The notes under the pieces are model-generated. The model saw nothing but the letters and a program-made list of their open reading frames with translations. It was not told the origin of the DNA and ran no database searches. Positions 28,929 through 38,395 of a DNA stretch of 64,000 nt are shown here, piece by piece. The stretch spans positions 8,048 through 72,047 of the forward strand of contig JAACPJ010000005.1 of NCBI GenBank assembly GCA_009995455.1. Reading direction: 5' to 3'. Within the stretch, counting starts at the first letter, position 1; the number at the start of each line of letters is the position of its first letter. The position numbers were made by a program, and so were the translations under genes. The stretch comes from a bacterium (GTDB lineage: Bacteria > Patescibacteriota > Gracilibacteria > UBA4473).

Positions 28929-30305
28929 ATGAAATCTTTAGTTCCAAATATTCGTTTAATCATCTCATCGATTTTGGTGCTGGGTTTAATTTACTTTTTA
29001 TTTCCAGAAGTTCAGGCGGCTGGAATTCCTTATCCGGCACCAGGCGGTATTCCTGGAGCGTCACTTAGCAGTGGGGGCACGCCCCAAGGAGCGGTCGTCG
29101 CTTTTGCGGTTTTACTACAAAGAATTGCCGATGGTGCGGCTGCTTTAGCGGCTTCTGTCGCGATTTTATTTATGGTACTCAATGGAGCTCGTCTAACGTT
29201 TGCTTTTGGTAATTCTGAAGCTTTAGGAAAAGCCCGGAAGGGTTTAATGTGGGCGGCCGCCGGATTAGTACTGATTATTTTTGCTTATATTGTGACCAAA
29301 ACGGTTATTGCACTAACCTATTCAGGTTCAGATGGCAGTGCCGTCATTGGAACCGATAATTTAGCCCCAACTACAACCACCCCGGGGGAAATTGATCCGA
29401 TTAATGGAAACATTGAAGTCGGTGATGATGGTGTCAGTTATTTATCGAGCGGTCAAAGAACGTTGAGTTTTTATCAACAAGGCGCAGAAAGAACTTTCAA
29501 AATTTATGTTCCAACAGGATTAGATGCTAGTAAAGTGCATCCGGTAGTTATGATTTTTCATGGTGGAAATGGAAACGCGGATAGTGCTGCCCAGTTAAGC
29601 GGTCTTTCAACTGTGGCAAACACCGAAAAATTTATCGCTGTTTACCCAGAAGCAGGCGACCGACAATGGAACGATGGACGAGCGACTACGGCTTCAGCCA
29701 TTGATGATGTGGCTTATGTAAACACACTTATTAATCAACTGTTAAGTGATTGGAAAGCGGATCCTACTAAAGTTTTTGCCGCCGGAATTTCAAATGGAGG
29801 GATGATGACCCAAAGACTCGCCTGTGAGGGTGGAAGTGCTTTTGCTGGTTTTGGATCAGTGGCGGCAAATTTGCCTGAAGGGTTAGAAAATAACTGTGCG
29901 GCAAGTGGCGGTGTTAATTTAGTTATGTTTGGAGGAACTGAAGATCCAATCATGCCTTATGATGGTGGTGAAATTACCGATATTCCTGCTCTTGGAGTTG
30001 GGGCGGGTGGGTTTGTGCTTTCTTACCCTGATACGACTGAATTTTGGGCGGCTAGGAATCAATGTGGGACAGGTATTTTGACCGATATCCCTGATAGCAC
30101 AAACGACAACACAACCGTAGAAAAAATTACCTACGACACTTGTGCGCTAGGAAGTTTAGAAGGTTACAAAATTACAGGCGGTGGGCACAATTGGCCTGGT
30201 TCAACGGGCGCTTCGGCTTTAACGGGGAATGTAAGCCGTGATGTTCGCGCGACCAATGAAATCATCGATTTCTTCAAACGAAATGGTTTAAGTCCAGCCC
30301 TTTAA
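28929..30305 (+). CDS. VirB2-like pilin fused to a PHB-depolymerase/LpqC-type alpha/beta hydrolase
   Basis: Pilin hairpin (FGNSEALGKARKGLMWAAAGL), then FHGGNG, AVYPE, GISNGG nucleophile elbow, GTEDP, GGGHNWPG. Confidence 0.8.
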   Translation: MKSLVPNIRLIISSILVLGLIYFLFPEVQAAGIPYPAPGGIPGASLSSGGTPQGAVVAFAVLLQRIADGAAALAASVAILFMVLNGARLTFAFGNSEALGKARKGLMWAAAGLVLIIFAYIVTKTVIALTYSGSDGSAVIGTDNLAPTTTTPGEIDPINGNIEVGDDGVSYLSSGQRTLSFYQQGAERTFKIYVPTGLDASKVHPVVMIFHGGNGNADSAAQLSGLSTVANTEKFIAVYPEAGDRQWNDGRATTASAIDDVAYVNTLINQLLSDWKADPTKVFAAGISNGGMMTQRLACEGGSAFAGFGSVAANLPEGLENNCAASGGVNLVMFGGTEDPIMPYDGGEITDIPALGVGAGGFVLSYPDTTEFWAARNQCGTGILTDIPDSTNDNTTVEKITYDTCALGSLEGYKITGGGHNWPGSTGASALTGNVSRDVRATNEIIDFFKRNGLSPAL

Positions 30306-30347
30306 AAAAATCGCTCTGAAAAGTGTTTCTGTGTAGTGTGTTGAGTG

Positions 30348-30950
30348 ATGGAATTTAAAGACTTAGTACAAGCGCGGCGCTCGGTTCATAATTTTGAAAC
30401 GGGCTTTAAGGTAGATCAAAATACTTGGAATGAGCTTTTAGAATATGTGCGATTTACGCCTTCTGGTTATAACGCTCAACCGTGGAGTTTTAAACTTATT
30501 CAATCGGATTCAGAGCTGCAAAAAATGTACCAACTCTGCTATAAACAAAAGCATATTTTAACGGCTGGGAATTTAGTAGTGGTAATCGGTGATGTTAATT
30601 TTGGGGAAAATGAAGCGGAGAGAATTGTGAAAGAGTGGGAAGCTTTTCGTGACTTTTCGCCATCACAAGCCGAAGCGTTAAGAGCTTCTTTGGTTAAAGA
30701 AAGAGCGGACTGGAAAAAACGAGAAATGGTAATTCGAAATTGTAGTTTAGCGGCTATGACATTTTTATACGCCGCTGAAGATTTAGGCTTAGCGACTTGC
30801 CCGATGATGGGTTTTCGGCAGCTAGATTTAAAGCGTGAATTGGAATTGGAAGAAAATGAATTACCTATTCTGTTGATTGCTTTAGGTAAGTCTGAGGAAG
30901 CAGAAGCGGAGCGATTACCGCGTAAAAGTATAGAAGATATGAGTGCCTAG
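30348..30950 (+). CDS. Nitroreductase family protein
   Basis: RRSVHNF, TPSGYNAQPW, GLATCPMMGF. Confidence 0.9.
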   Translation: MEFKDLVQARRSVHNFETGFKVDQNTWNELLEYVRFTPSGYNAQPWSFKLIQSDSELQKMYQLCYKQKHILTAGNLVVVIGDVNFGENEAERIVKEWEAFRDFSPSQAEALRASLVKERADWKKREMVIRNCSLAAMTFLYAAEDLGLATCPMMGFRQLDLKRELELEENELPILLIALGKSEEAEAERLPRKSIEDMSA

Positions 30951-30978
30951 TTGACATTCGAGAGTAGCTTATTAGACT
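30951..30978 (+). promoter_or_regulatory. Promoter of tRNA-fMet
   Basis: TTGACA-N16-TAGACT followed by a GC-rich discriminator. Confidence 0.65.
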
Positions 30979-30998
30979 CGCGTGGCTTTAAGCTAGAT

Positions 30999-31073
30999 CG
31001 CGGAGTAGAGCAGTGGTAGCTCGTCGGGCTCATAACCCGAAGGCCGTTGGTTCGAATCCAACCTCCGCAACCA
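30999..31073 (+). tRNA. Initiator tRNA-fMet(CAU)
   Basis: C1:A72 mismatch, three G-C pairs in the anticodon stem (GGG CTCATAA CCC), encoded CCA. Confidence 0.96.
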
Positions 31074-31113
31074 AAAAATTTCTGTTATCCGGCAAGGATA
31101 CCAGAAATTTTTT
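31073..31113 (+). terminator. Terminator hairpin after tRNA-fMet
   Basis: aaaaaatttctg-t-tatcc ggcaa ggata-c-cagaaatttttt. Confidence 0.65.
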
Positions 31114-31175
31114 TATTACTGATTTTAATTTAGCGCTGAAGGCCTCGGCTAAATCGAAGTTGAGTAAGAAGTAGA

Positions 31176-31196
31176 CAACCTTCGCAATCAAAAATT
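31176..31196 (+). repeat. Degenerate copy of the tRNA-fMet 3' end (att-like scar)
   Basis: caaccttcgcaatcaaaaatt versus caacctccgcaaccaaaaaatt at 31059-31080. Confidence 0.5.
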
Positions 31197-31372
31197 AGAT
31201 CCCGGGATCAATTTTTGATGCCCACCGTTAGTTTGCGGTTAGAGGGCGGGTGTGATATTTTTTCTTTATCCAAAATGATGGGGCATAGTGATATAAAAAC
31301 AACCACAATTTATCTCACGGCAACGGCACATTATTTGCAAGAGCAGATAATTAAACATCCTTTAAACCTATA

Positions 31373-33772
31373 ATGCAGAATACAGAAAAGTCAGGGCTAA
31401 CATTTCTTCGTGAATATTTTAACAGCGAAAGTACACCATATTGGATCAAACTTTTGATTCTATATGTTATTGAATATGAAGAATTGTCTGACGATTTATT
31501 GAAAGTGGTCTTTGATGAGTTTTTACGAGAAAATGATTTAATTCAATTAGAAAATAACCAAATTATTTTACGATTTCCTGATGAGCTTACTAGTGCCGAA
31601 GAGGCGTTAGAAAATAAAATTCTTAAGTCTTTGACTCATAAAGAAGGTGTTAACGCTATCAAAGAGGGGGCATGTTTAAAATTCTCACCAAACTTAACTG
31701 TTATATATGGTAGTAATGGTAGTGGGAAAAGTAGTTATTACAGAATATTTACAAAAATCAGCTCGCAGCCAGGTCTTTATAAAATATTGCCCAACTGTAA
31801 AACTGCTGTTTTTGATAATGAGCAATATAATGCCCAAATAGAGTTTTCAGATAAAGTGCGGTTAGTCGAACCAAGATCTAAACACGAGTATTTAGTTGAA
31901 ATATTTGATCATAATCACACTGGGATTCTTATTAGCCCAAATTCTCATGATATAGAAATTGAACCATTGAAAATACATTTGATAGAAAAAGTGAGAGCGT
32001 ACTTAGATAAAATTGATAGTTTATTAAAAGAATTCATCTCTAAGAAATGCGTTGAGCAAAAAAACCTTAAAACGATTTTAGAAAACTCGGTATTGGAACT
32101 TAAAAATAAAGTAACAAATGAAACTATTTTTGAGTTGAAAAAAGAAATTGAGGAAGGTTCCTTATCTTTAATAAATACAGTTGAAAAATCTTCAGAGGAT
32201 TTAGAAAATGAGGTAGAGCAGCTCGGTTACGTTTATGATCAAATAAGTTCTGTAACAAAAATTTTAACACCAATTTACAAAGATAAAGATTTTGAGATTT
32301 TATTATTAAAAATAAAAACACAAAAAGAAATTTGTAAACAACAGCGTAAAAAATACAAAGCTATAAAAAATTTACCTTATATAGATAATTTTTTGTGGCA
32401 GAATTTTATGAAAAGTGGGAAAGCCTTCTTAAAAGAACATTCACATGGTAATTCTTTACAAGTACCAGAGAATTGCCCCTTTTGTAGTCAAAAAATAGTT
32501 AATGGAGAAGCTGCTTACGAACTTATAAAACAATATTTTGAGTTTTTAGAAGCAGATGCAAGTTCGGAGTTAGCAAAGTTGGAAAAAAAGCGTGATGAAA
32601 TACTTGAAACTCTTACTTCTATTAAAAAATATTCTGAAGTTGAGAAATCAAAAATTAACGACTCAACTTTGATTTTAGTGAAAAGCTTTCTTGAAACTTA
32701 CGAATCTTTATCAAATAGCATCATTGCTACAGAGACAGAATTACCAGAATCTGCTGTGGGTGAAGCACTAAAAACACTTAAAACAGCTTTATCATCAGAT
32801 TTAATTTTACTATTTAAGCAAAGGCACAAATTGACCGTTAGTAAACTTAACAGTTGCACTGTTTTAATATCTAAACTTAATCTTATTAAGTTAACTGGGC
32901 TTAAAAATAATGTTTCTGGAGTCAGTAAGAAAGCGCATAATGAGATTATTTCGGAACCCTTTGCCAAAAGTTTAAGAAATAATTTAGAAAAATTAGGCAG
33001 TACACAGTCTAGTACGATAAAGTTAACGACTTCGGGGGCTGGAGGTGTAACAAAAATAATAAAAAAGCTACATGGGCATAATGTAAAAGAAATAATGAGT
33101 GATGGAGAGCAAAGGATTTTGTCTTTTGCATTATTTTTAACAGAGCTTGAATACAAGCAATCGAAGAGGCCTGTTATTTTAGATGATGCTGTTACTAGTT
33201 TGGACTTTGAACATTTAGAATCTATTGCAAATTTTATTACGGAACTATCTAAATCACAACAAGTTGTTGTTTTTACTCATCATGCATATTTTCATGATTA
33301 TTTGAGTGATAAAGCGGACGATGAATTTGCTAATACACCAACCGTACTCAAAAAATGCCAAATAGTTTATGATCAAGAAAATGCAGGTGTAGTAATGTCT
33401 GAAAGGAATGATACATTTAGAGAGCTATTAGTTTCTGCAGGCAAATCACTTGGAGAAGTTGATAATTATAGACTTGAAAATGCAGGATGGTATCTTGCTG
33501 AAGCTATTGAGGCGTTTATCGATGAAAAAATTTTTTGTGGAAAACCATTGTTAATTGGTAGTGGAAGAACAAATGTAGTGAAAAGAAAATCAAATATTAG
33601 GTGGGGAACCTTAAAAAAAGTTTTAAGTAATGATCCTGATTTAGTTGATGATTTATCGAGTCACTACAGTTATTTGTCTGACACAAAACGACATCGTACG
33701 CCTAGGGATTCACAAATCACAAGACTAAGGGCAATAAAAGAATTTCTTGAGAATTCGGCTAGAGGTATGTAA
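31373..33772 (+). CDS. Rad50/RloC-like ABC-type ATPase with zinc hook, probably horizontally acquired
   Basis: Walker A GSNGSGKS, coiled coil with CPFC hook, signature MSDGEQ, Walker B/D-loop ILDDAVTSLD, H-loop FTHH; visibly more AT-rich than flanks. Confidence 0.75.
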   Translation: MQNTEKSGLTFLREYFNSESTPYWIKLLILYVIEYEELSDDLLKVVFDEFLRENDLIQLENNQIILRFPDELTSAEEALENKILKSLTHKEGVNAIKEGACLKFSPNLTVIYGSNGSGKSSYYRIFTKISSQPGLYKILPNCKTAVFDNEQYNAQIEFSDKVRLVEPRSKHEYLVEIFDHNHTGILISPNSHDIEIEPLKIHLIEKVRAYLDKIDSLLKEFISKKCVEQKNLKTILENSVLELKNKVTNETIFELKKEIEEGSLSLINTVEKSSEDLENEVEQLGYVYDQISSVTKILTPIYKDKDFEILLLKIKTQKEICKQQRKKYKAIKNLPYIDNFLWQNFMKSGKAFLKEHSHGNSLQVPENCPFCSQKIVNGEAAYELIKQYFEFLEADASSELAKLEKKRDEILETLTSIKKYSEVEKSKINDSTLILVKSFLETYESLSNSIIATETELPESAVGEALKTLKTALSSDLILLFKQRHKLTVSKLNSCTVLISKLNLIKLTGLKNNVSGVSKKAHNEIISEPFAKSLRNNLEKLGSTQSSTIKLTTSGAGGVTKIIKKLHGHNVKEIMSDGEQRILSFALFLTELEYKQSKRPVILDDAVTSLDFEHLESIANFITELSKSQQVVVFTHHAYFHDYLSDKADDEFANTPTVLKKCQIVYDQENAGVVMSERNDTFRELLVSAGKSLGEVDNYRLENAGWYLAEAIEAFIDEKIFCGKPLLIGSGRTNVVKRKSNIRWGTLKKVLSNDPDLVDDLSSHYSYLSDTKRHRTPRDSQITRLRAIKEFLENSARGM

Positions 33773-33865
33773 AGACTAAATACCGCTGAGTAGTACTTAA
33801 ATCCGTATGCCCCATAATCTGCATAAGCTTAAATAAATTCCTGTAGTTCAAACTGCGAATTTTCT

Positions 33866-35140
33866 TCACTCCCCTTGAAACAACACCACAATATAACTAC
33901 CCCCCGGTTCTTGGGTCACTCCGACGCCGGCTTTAGTGAAGCGTGAATTGCTGACATTGTTCCAATGCACGGCTGAATTTTTCCACCAACCAATCGCGGT
34001 TTGTGGGTCGCGCCGTCGCCACACAATGCTTTCGGCTACAAAGCCCGGAATACTGGCCAGTTTGGCGCGTTCAAACGGGTCGTTCCCCAGTTTATCGGAG
34101 TGAGAATAAATAGCGTTGATTACTAAATGTTCAGCAAAGTTTTGCGCCACGTCTTGTAAATCAGCGTTGAATTGCATGCGGTCTTTGCCGTTGGCGACGC
34201 GTTCATCGTTGACGCCTTTTAAGACTAAATTTCCAATTCGATTTGCTTCTTCTCGGCTGAGGGTTTTATTGCTTTCATTGGCCGCGTATTTAGCGGCTTG
34301 CCATTGAGAATAAGAGCTAATGTAACCACCACTCACTTGTGGGCCTGGTGGATTGGAGGCAACCACATACAACGGTGAAATCTCAAAATTACTGGCGTTT
34401 GGAGTGGGCGCCGGTTCAGCTGGAAAGGTGACGGTTGGTTTTTCAATAATGGGGGTAACCGCTTCTGGGGCGGGTAACGGCGTTGGGGTGACGTCTACAA
34501 TTGGTTTTACTTGAGTTGGGGCATCAAAAGCGAGTTCGGTCACGCCTTCAACCGGTGGCGGAGATAGGGTGACGGCTGGGTATTGGCTAAATTGCTGAAT
34601 AGCAAAAGCCATTTGTCCGCGGGTCAGCGCGCTCTCGGGGTCTTCATCGAAAAAAGTAAAAAAGGCGCGCTTTTTCTCTAAACCTTCATAGTAAGATAAA
34701 TACCAAGGGGCGGCTTTTTTTACCGGATCATCAAAATAAAACTGGTATAAAATTTTAGCGGCTTCAGCTTTATTAACCGTATTTTCAGCGCCAAAGCTGC
34801 CGTCGGCGTATCCATCAATTACTTCTCGGGTTTCGGCTACACAAACCGAAGGTCGGTACCAAACGGCGCTCGGGATATCACTAAAACAACTTTTGTCACT
34901 TTGCGCTTGGTAGTCCACTTGGCGCTGGTACTTAGTGGCCATTAAAATCTTAATAAACTCTGCCCGGTTAATCCCTTGTTTGGGCCGGTAGGTGTTATCT
35001 TCATAGCCCTTTACGATACCGCGCTTGGCGAGTTCGTTAATGGCTGGGGCGTAAGGGCTTTTGCTAATATCGGTAAAATCTGCGGCTTGCACCACTGGCG
35101 CAAAGCTGAAAATTAAAATCAATAATAGGAAATTTCGCAT
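33866..35140 (-). CDS. SLH-domain protein with Pro-rich linker and CAP (SCP) domain
   Basis: GYEDNTYRPKQGINRAEF SLH repeats; VNDERVANG..HS..AESI..WWKNSAVHWNN CAP domain. Confidence 0.85.
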   Translation of the reverse strand: MRNFLLLILIFSFAPVVQAADFTDISKSPYAPAINELAKRGIVKGYEDNTYRPKQGINRAEFIKILMATKYQRQVDYQAQSDKSCFSDIPSAVWYRPSVCVAETREVIDGYADGSFGAENTVNKAEAAKILYQFYFDDPVKKAAPWYLSYYEGLEKKRAFFTFFDEDPESALTRGQMAFAIQQFSQYPAVTLSPPPVEGVTELAFDAPTQVKPIVDVTPTPLPAPEAVTPIIEKPTVTFPAEPAPTPNASNFEISPLYVVASNPPGPQVSGGYISSYSQWQAAKYAANESNKTLSREEANRIGNLVLKGVNDERVANGKDRMQFNADLQDVAQNFAEHLVINAIYSHSDKLGNDPFERAKLASIPGFVAESIVWRRRDPQTAIGWWKNSAVHWNNVSNSRFTKAGVGVTQEPGGSYIVVLFQGE

Positions 35141-35222
35141 ACTTTCGTATTTAACGTTTTAAACCGAAAATTGTGAACTTTTAAGATTTGACCAGATTTG
35201 TAATTAATTTAAAAAACTAATA

Positions 35223-35582
35223 ATGAAGAAGATTGAAATCGGAACTGAATTACTTTTTCCACAAGCAAATACTTTAGCCTTTAGAGTTTTAAGAGTGATT
35301 GATTTGCCCGATGGGACTATAGAAGCTGATGCTTATCACATTCCTCATCAGTCTTCTGATCAAGAGATTTTTGATCATTTCGAACAAATTCGATCTTGTG
35401 GTTTTATGCGACAATATCAGGCAGTACAAACACAGCGTGTGGCTATGCCAGAGGTGTGGTATCAAATTAATTATATTATGTCGCTTAGTTTTCCGTCTCA
35501 AGTTGATGCAGCTGGAGCCGAGTGGATTCCTCCATATCCTCGATTTGATTGTGAACCTTTTATTGTGAAGCCACTTAATTGA
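35223..35582 (+). CDS. Hypothetical protein
   Basis: 119-aa ORF filling the gap between known genes; no motif recognised. Confidence 0.5.
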   Translation: MKKIEIGTELLFPQANTLAFRVLRVIDLPDGTIEADAYHIPHQSSDQEIFDHFEQIRSCGFMRQYQAVQTQRVAMPEVWYQINYIMSLSFPSQVDAAGAEWIPPYPRFDCEPFIVKPLN

Positions 35583-35630
35583 TGCGCTTGCGAGACCTCA
35601 AATTTTTAATAGGATTTGACCGCCTTCGAT

Positions 35631-35718
35631 GCACGAGTGGCGAAACGGTAGACGCGCTAGCTTGAGGGGCTAGTGAGATTCATTTCTCGTGGAGGTTCAA
35701 ATCCTCTCTCGTGCACCA
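35631..35718 (+). tRNA. tRNA-Leu(GAG)
   Basis: GCACGAG/CTCGTGC acceptor stem, anticodon loop TTGAGGG, long variable arm, encoded CCA. Confidence 0.95.
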
Positions 35719-35796
35719 CTTCATCGATGACTTCAAATCTTTCATTTAAAAAAAATTACAGATTTTTCGTAATCAATTCCTTTTTCAAAAAAACCT

Positions 35797-35824
35797 AAAA
35801 CTCCCGCCTTCGCGGGGCTTTTTT
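35797..35824 (+). terminator. Intrinsic terminator after tRNA-Leu
   Basis: cccgc-cttc-gcggg stem followed by a T tract. Confidence 0.6.
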
Positions 35825-35910
35825 GAATACTATCTGAAATAGTTTTTATTCTGCTTTTAAACCACTAGACGTGCTGGTTTTTTTGCTTAAAATCTGGTAG
35901 AATAAAACCC

Positions 35911-38358
35911 ATGGCTAAAGCCCATCCAAAAACTATTTTACGCCTTGAAGTACCGCGCGGAAGTGCGCGGGGTCCTTTGGCGTTTGAGCAGGTTTTGGCA
36001 ACATTGCATGGCTTGCTGCTCAAACAAACTTCACAAACGGGGGATGAAAGTGTGAGTTTTGAAATCGCTCGTGTGAAAGGGAGGATTTATTTTTATATTG
36101 TGGTGCCAAGTCACTTGCGAACTTTAATCGCTTCGCAGATTTATTCCCAATATCCAGGGGTAGAAATTAAAACCGTCCCAGAGTACTTCACCCAAAGCCT
36201 GGTGAAAGATAAACAAGTTTTTACCGCAACCTTGCGACCGCAAAATAATTGGGTTTTTCCGTTTAAAAGGTATCCGCAGTTTGAAGACAAACTCAACCAA
36301 TTATTTGAAGACCCATTAGGGCCAATGACGTCTGGTTTATCACATTTAAACGTGGCTGATGATGCAGCGATATTACAATTTGTGGTCGCGCCTATTAACC
36401 GAAAATGGAATGAGATTGCGCAAAAAACGCTACGTCGATTTATGGGAGGTGGGGTGTGGAAATATGAATGGTTTAGAAATATGTACCAATGGGCGCGTTT
36501 GAGTCCTAACAAAAAAGAACGGCAAATACGGTCTCCGATTTGGATACTTTGTTTAGTATTGTTTGGCTGGAAAGGCGCGCCTACGTTAGACGGAAAATCT
36601 AATTCGGGTGACGAAGACGATTTGGATCGACAATCAAAATCATCTAGCCGGCATGACCAAGAAACAACCTTTACGGCCGCTTATGACAAATTGATTCGTT
36701 TGAATTTTGCGGTTAATATTCGGGCGGTTTATATTCACTCTGATCCAGATGTGATGCATGCTGAAGCCAAAATTCGTGAACTCGCCGGAAGTTTTCAGCA
36801 GTTTAGTTTAGCCGATAGCAATAGTATGGGGATTTCAACACTGGCGCGAGATCGTCAGTCAGAAGCCTTTAAAAATGTGTTGCACCGACGTCCAAATGAT
36901 CCGTTTGCGCTGAGCCAAGAAGAATTAGCCACTATGTATCATTTGCCGACCGAAACGGTCACTACGCCCTCAATTCAGTGGGTTGATAGCCCAAAATTAG
37001 AACCGCCTTCACACCTGCCCGGTCCAGAAGAACCAGATATTACTTTGATGGGGCAAACCAACTTTAGAGGGCAAAATAATAAATATGGCATTAAGCTCGA
37101 TGACCGTCGTCGTCATGTTTATGTGATTGGTAAAACGGGTATGGGAAAATCTACCTTGCTGGAAAATATGATTCGAGCCGATATTGAAGCGGGTAAAGGG
37201 GTAGGGGTTATTGATCCGCATGGTGATCTCGCCGAAGCGGTGATGCGATTTATCCCGAAACATCGAACCAATGATGTGATTGTGTTTGATCCGTCTGATC
37301 GAGGGTTTCCGATTGCCTTTAATATGCTGGAAGGAAAAAACGTGGAGCAACGGGCGGTGATTGCTTCTGGTTTGGTAGGCGTTTTCAAAAAGCTGTATGC
37401 CGAAAGTTGGGGGCCGCGGCTTGAGCATTTTTTACGAAATACAATTTTGGCTTTAATTGAAGCCCCTGATACAACGATTTTAGGGATTCCACGAATGCTG
37501 GTGGATAAAGATTATCGCGCTAAGATTTTACATTTTGTAGAGGACCCAATGGTGCGAAGCTTTTGGGAAACCGAGTTCAATGCTCTTCCGCCGGCAAAAT
37601 TGGCAGAGGCCGTCGGGCCCATTCAAAATAAAGTGGGACAGTTTTTATCCACTTCAATTATTCGAAATATTGTTGGACAACCTAAATCCACACTCGATTT
37701 ACGGTTTGCGATGGATAAAGGGAAAATAGTGATAATTAATTTATCAAAAGGAAAAATTGGGGAAGATAATTCAACTATGCTCGGGTCAATGTTGATTACT
37801 AAGTTTCAAATTGATGCGATGAGCCGCGCTGATACACCAGAAAAAGATCGCCGAGATTTCTCGCTTTATGTGGATGAATTTCAAAATTTTGCGACCGACA
37901 GTTTTGCGACTATTTTATCTGAGGCTCGTAAATATCGTTTAAGTCTGACAATGGCGAATCAATACATCGAACAAATGAGCGAGGAAGTTCGAGCGGCTGT
38001 GTTTGGAAATGTAGGGTCTTTGGTTTCTTTTCAAGTTGGGATAGATGACGCTAAAGTCTTATCAGAGCAGTTTGATGAAGAGTTAGTTTTGCCGGCTCAT
38101 TTAGCTGGATTACCCAAATACAAAGTTTATAACCGAATTATGGTGGATGGGATGACGACGCCTGTTTTTTCTGGCGACACTCTGCCACCACCTGAACTTG
38201 AAACCGATGAAGACCCAGAAGAACGCGCAAAGAAAATTGTGAATTTTTCACGGCAACGTTACGCCAAACCCCAAGCCGATGTAGAAGAAAAAATTAAGCG
38301 CTGGAGTCGCAGTGAACACGAGAAAAAAGGCAAAGAGAAAGGCGGTCATAAATCTTAG
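35911..38358 (+). CDS. VirD4/TraD(TrwB)-like P-loop ATPase with N-terminal extension
   Basis: RRRHVYVIGKTGMGKSTL, IDPHGDL, LYVDEFQNF, LSEARKY, ANQYIEQ. Confidence 0.88.
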   Translation: MAKAHPKTILRLEVPRGSARGPLAFEQVLATLHGLLLKQTSQTGDESVSFEIARVKGRIYFYIVVPSHLRTLIASQIYSQYPGVEIKTVPEYFTQSLVKDKQVFTATLRPQNNWVFPFKRYPQFEDKLNQLFEDPLGPMTSGLSHLNVADDAAILQFVVAPINRKWNEIAQKTLRRFMGGGVWKYEWFRNMYQWARLSPNKKERQIRSPIWILCLVLFGWKGAPTLDGKSNSGDEDDLDRQSKSSSRHDQETTFTAAYDKLIRLNFAVNIRAVYIHSDPDVMHAEAKIRELAGSFQQFSLADSNSMGISTLARDRQSEAFKNVLHRRPNDPFALSQEELATMYHLPTETVTTPSIQWVDSPKLEPPSHLPGPEEPDITLMGQTNFRGQNNKYGIKLDDRRRHVYVIGKTGMGKSTLLENMIRADIEAGKGVGVIDPHGDLAEAVMRFIPKHRTNDVIVFDPSDRGFPIAFNMLEGKNVEQRAVIASGLVGVFKKLYAESWGPRLEHFLRNTILALIEAPDTTILGIPRMLVDKDYRAKILHFVEDPMVRSFWETEFNALPPAKLAEAVGPIQNKVGQFLSTSIIRNIVGQPKSTLDLRFAMDKGKIVIINLSKGKIGEDNSTMLGSMLITKFQIDAMSRADTPEKDRRDFSLYVDEFQNFATDSFATILSEARKYRLSLTMANQYIEQMSEEVRAAVFGNVGSLVSFQVGIDDAKVLSEQFDEELVLPAHLAGLPKYKVYNRIMVDGMTTPVFSGDTLPPPELETDEDPEERAKKIVNFSRQRYAKPQADVEEKIKRWSRSEHEKKGKEKGGHKS

Positions 38359-38395
38359 ATTGACTTTATTATGATAAGTTTTAAAAATTGTTTAG

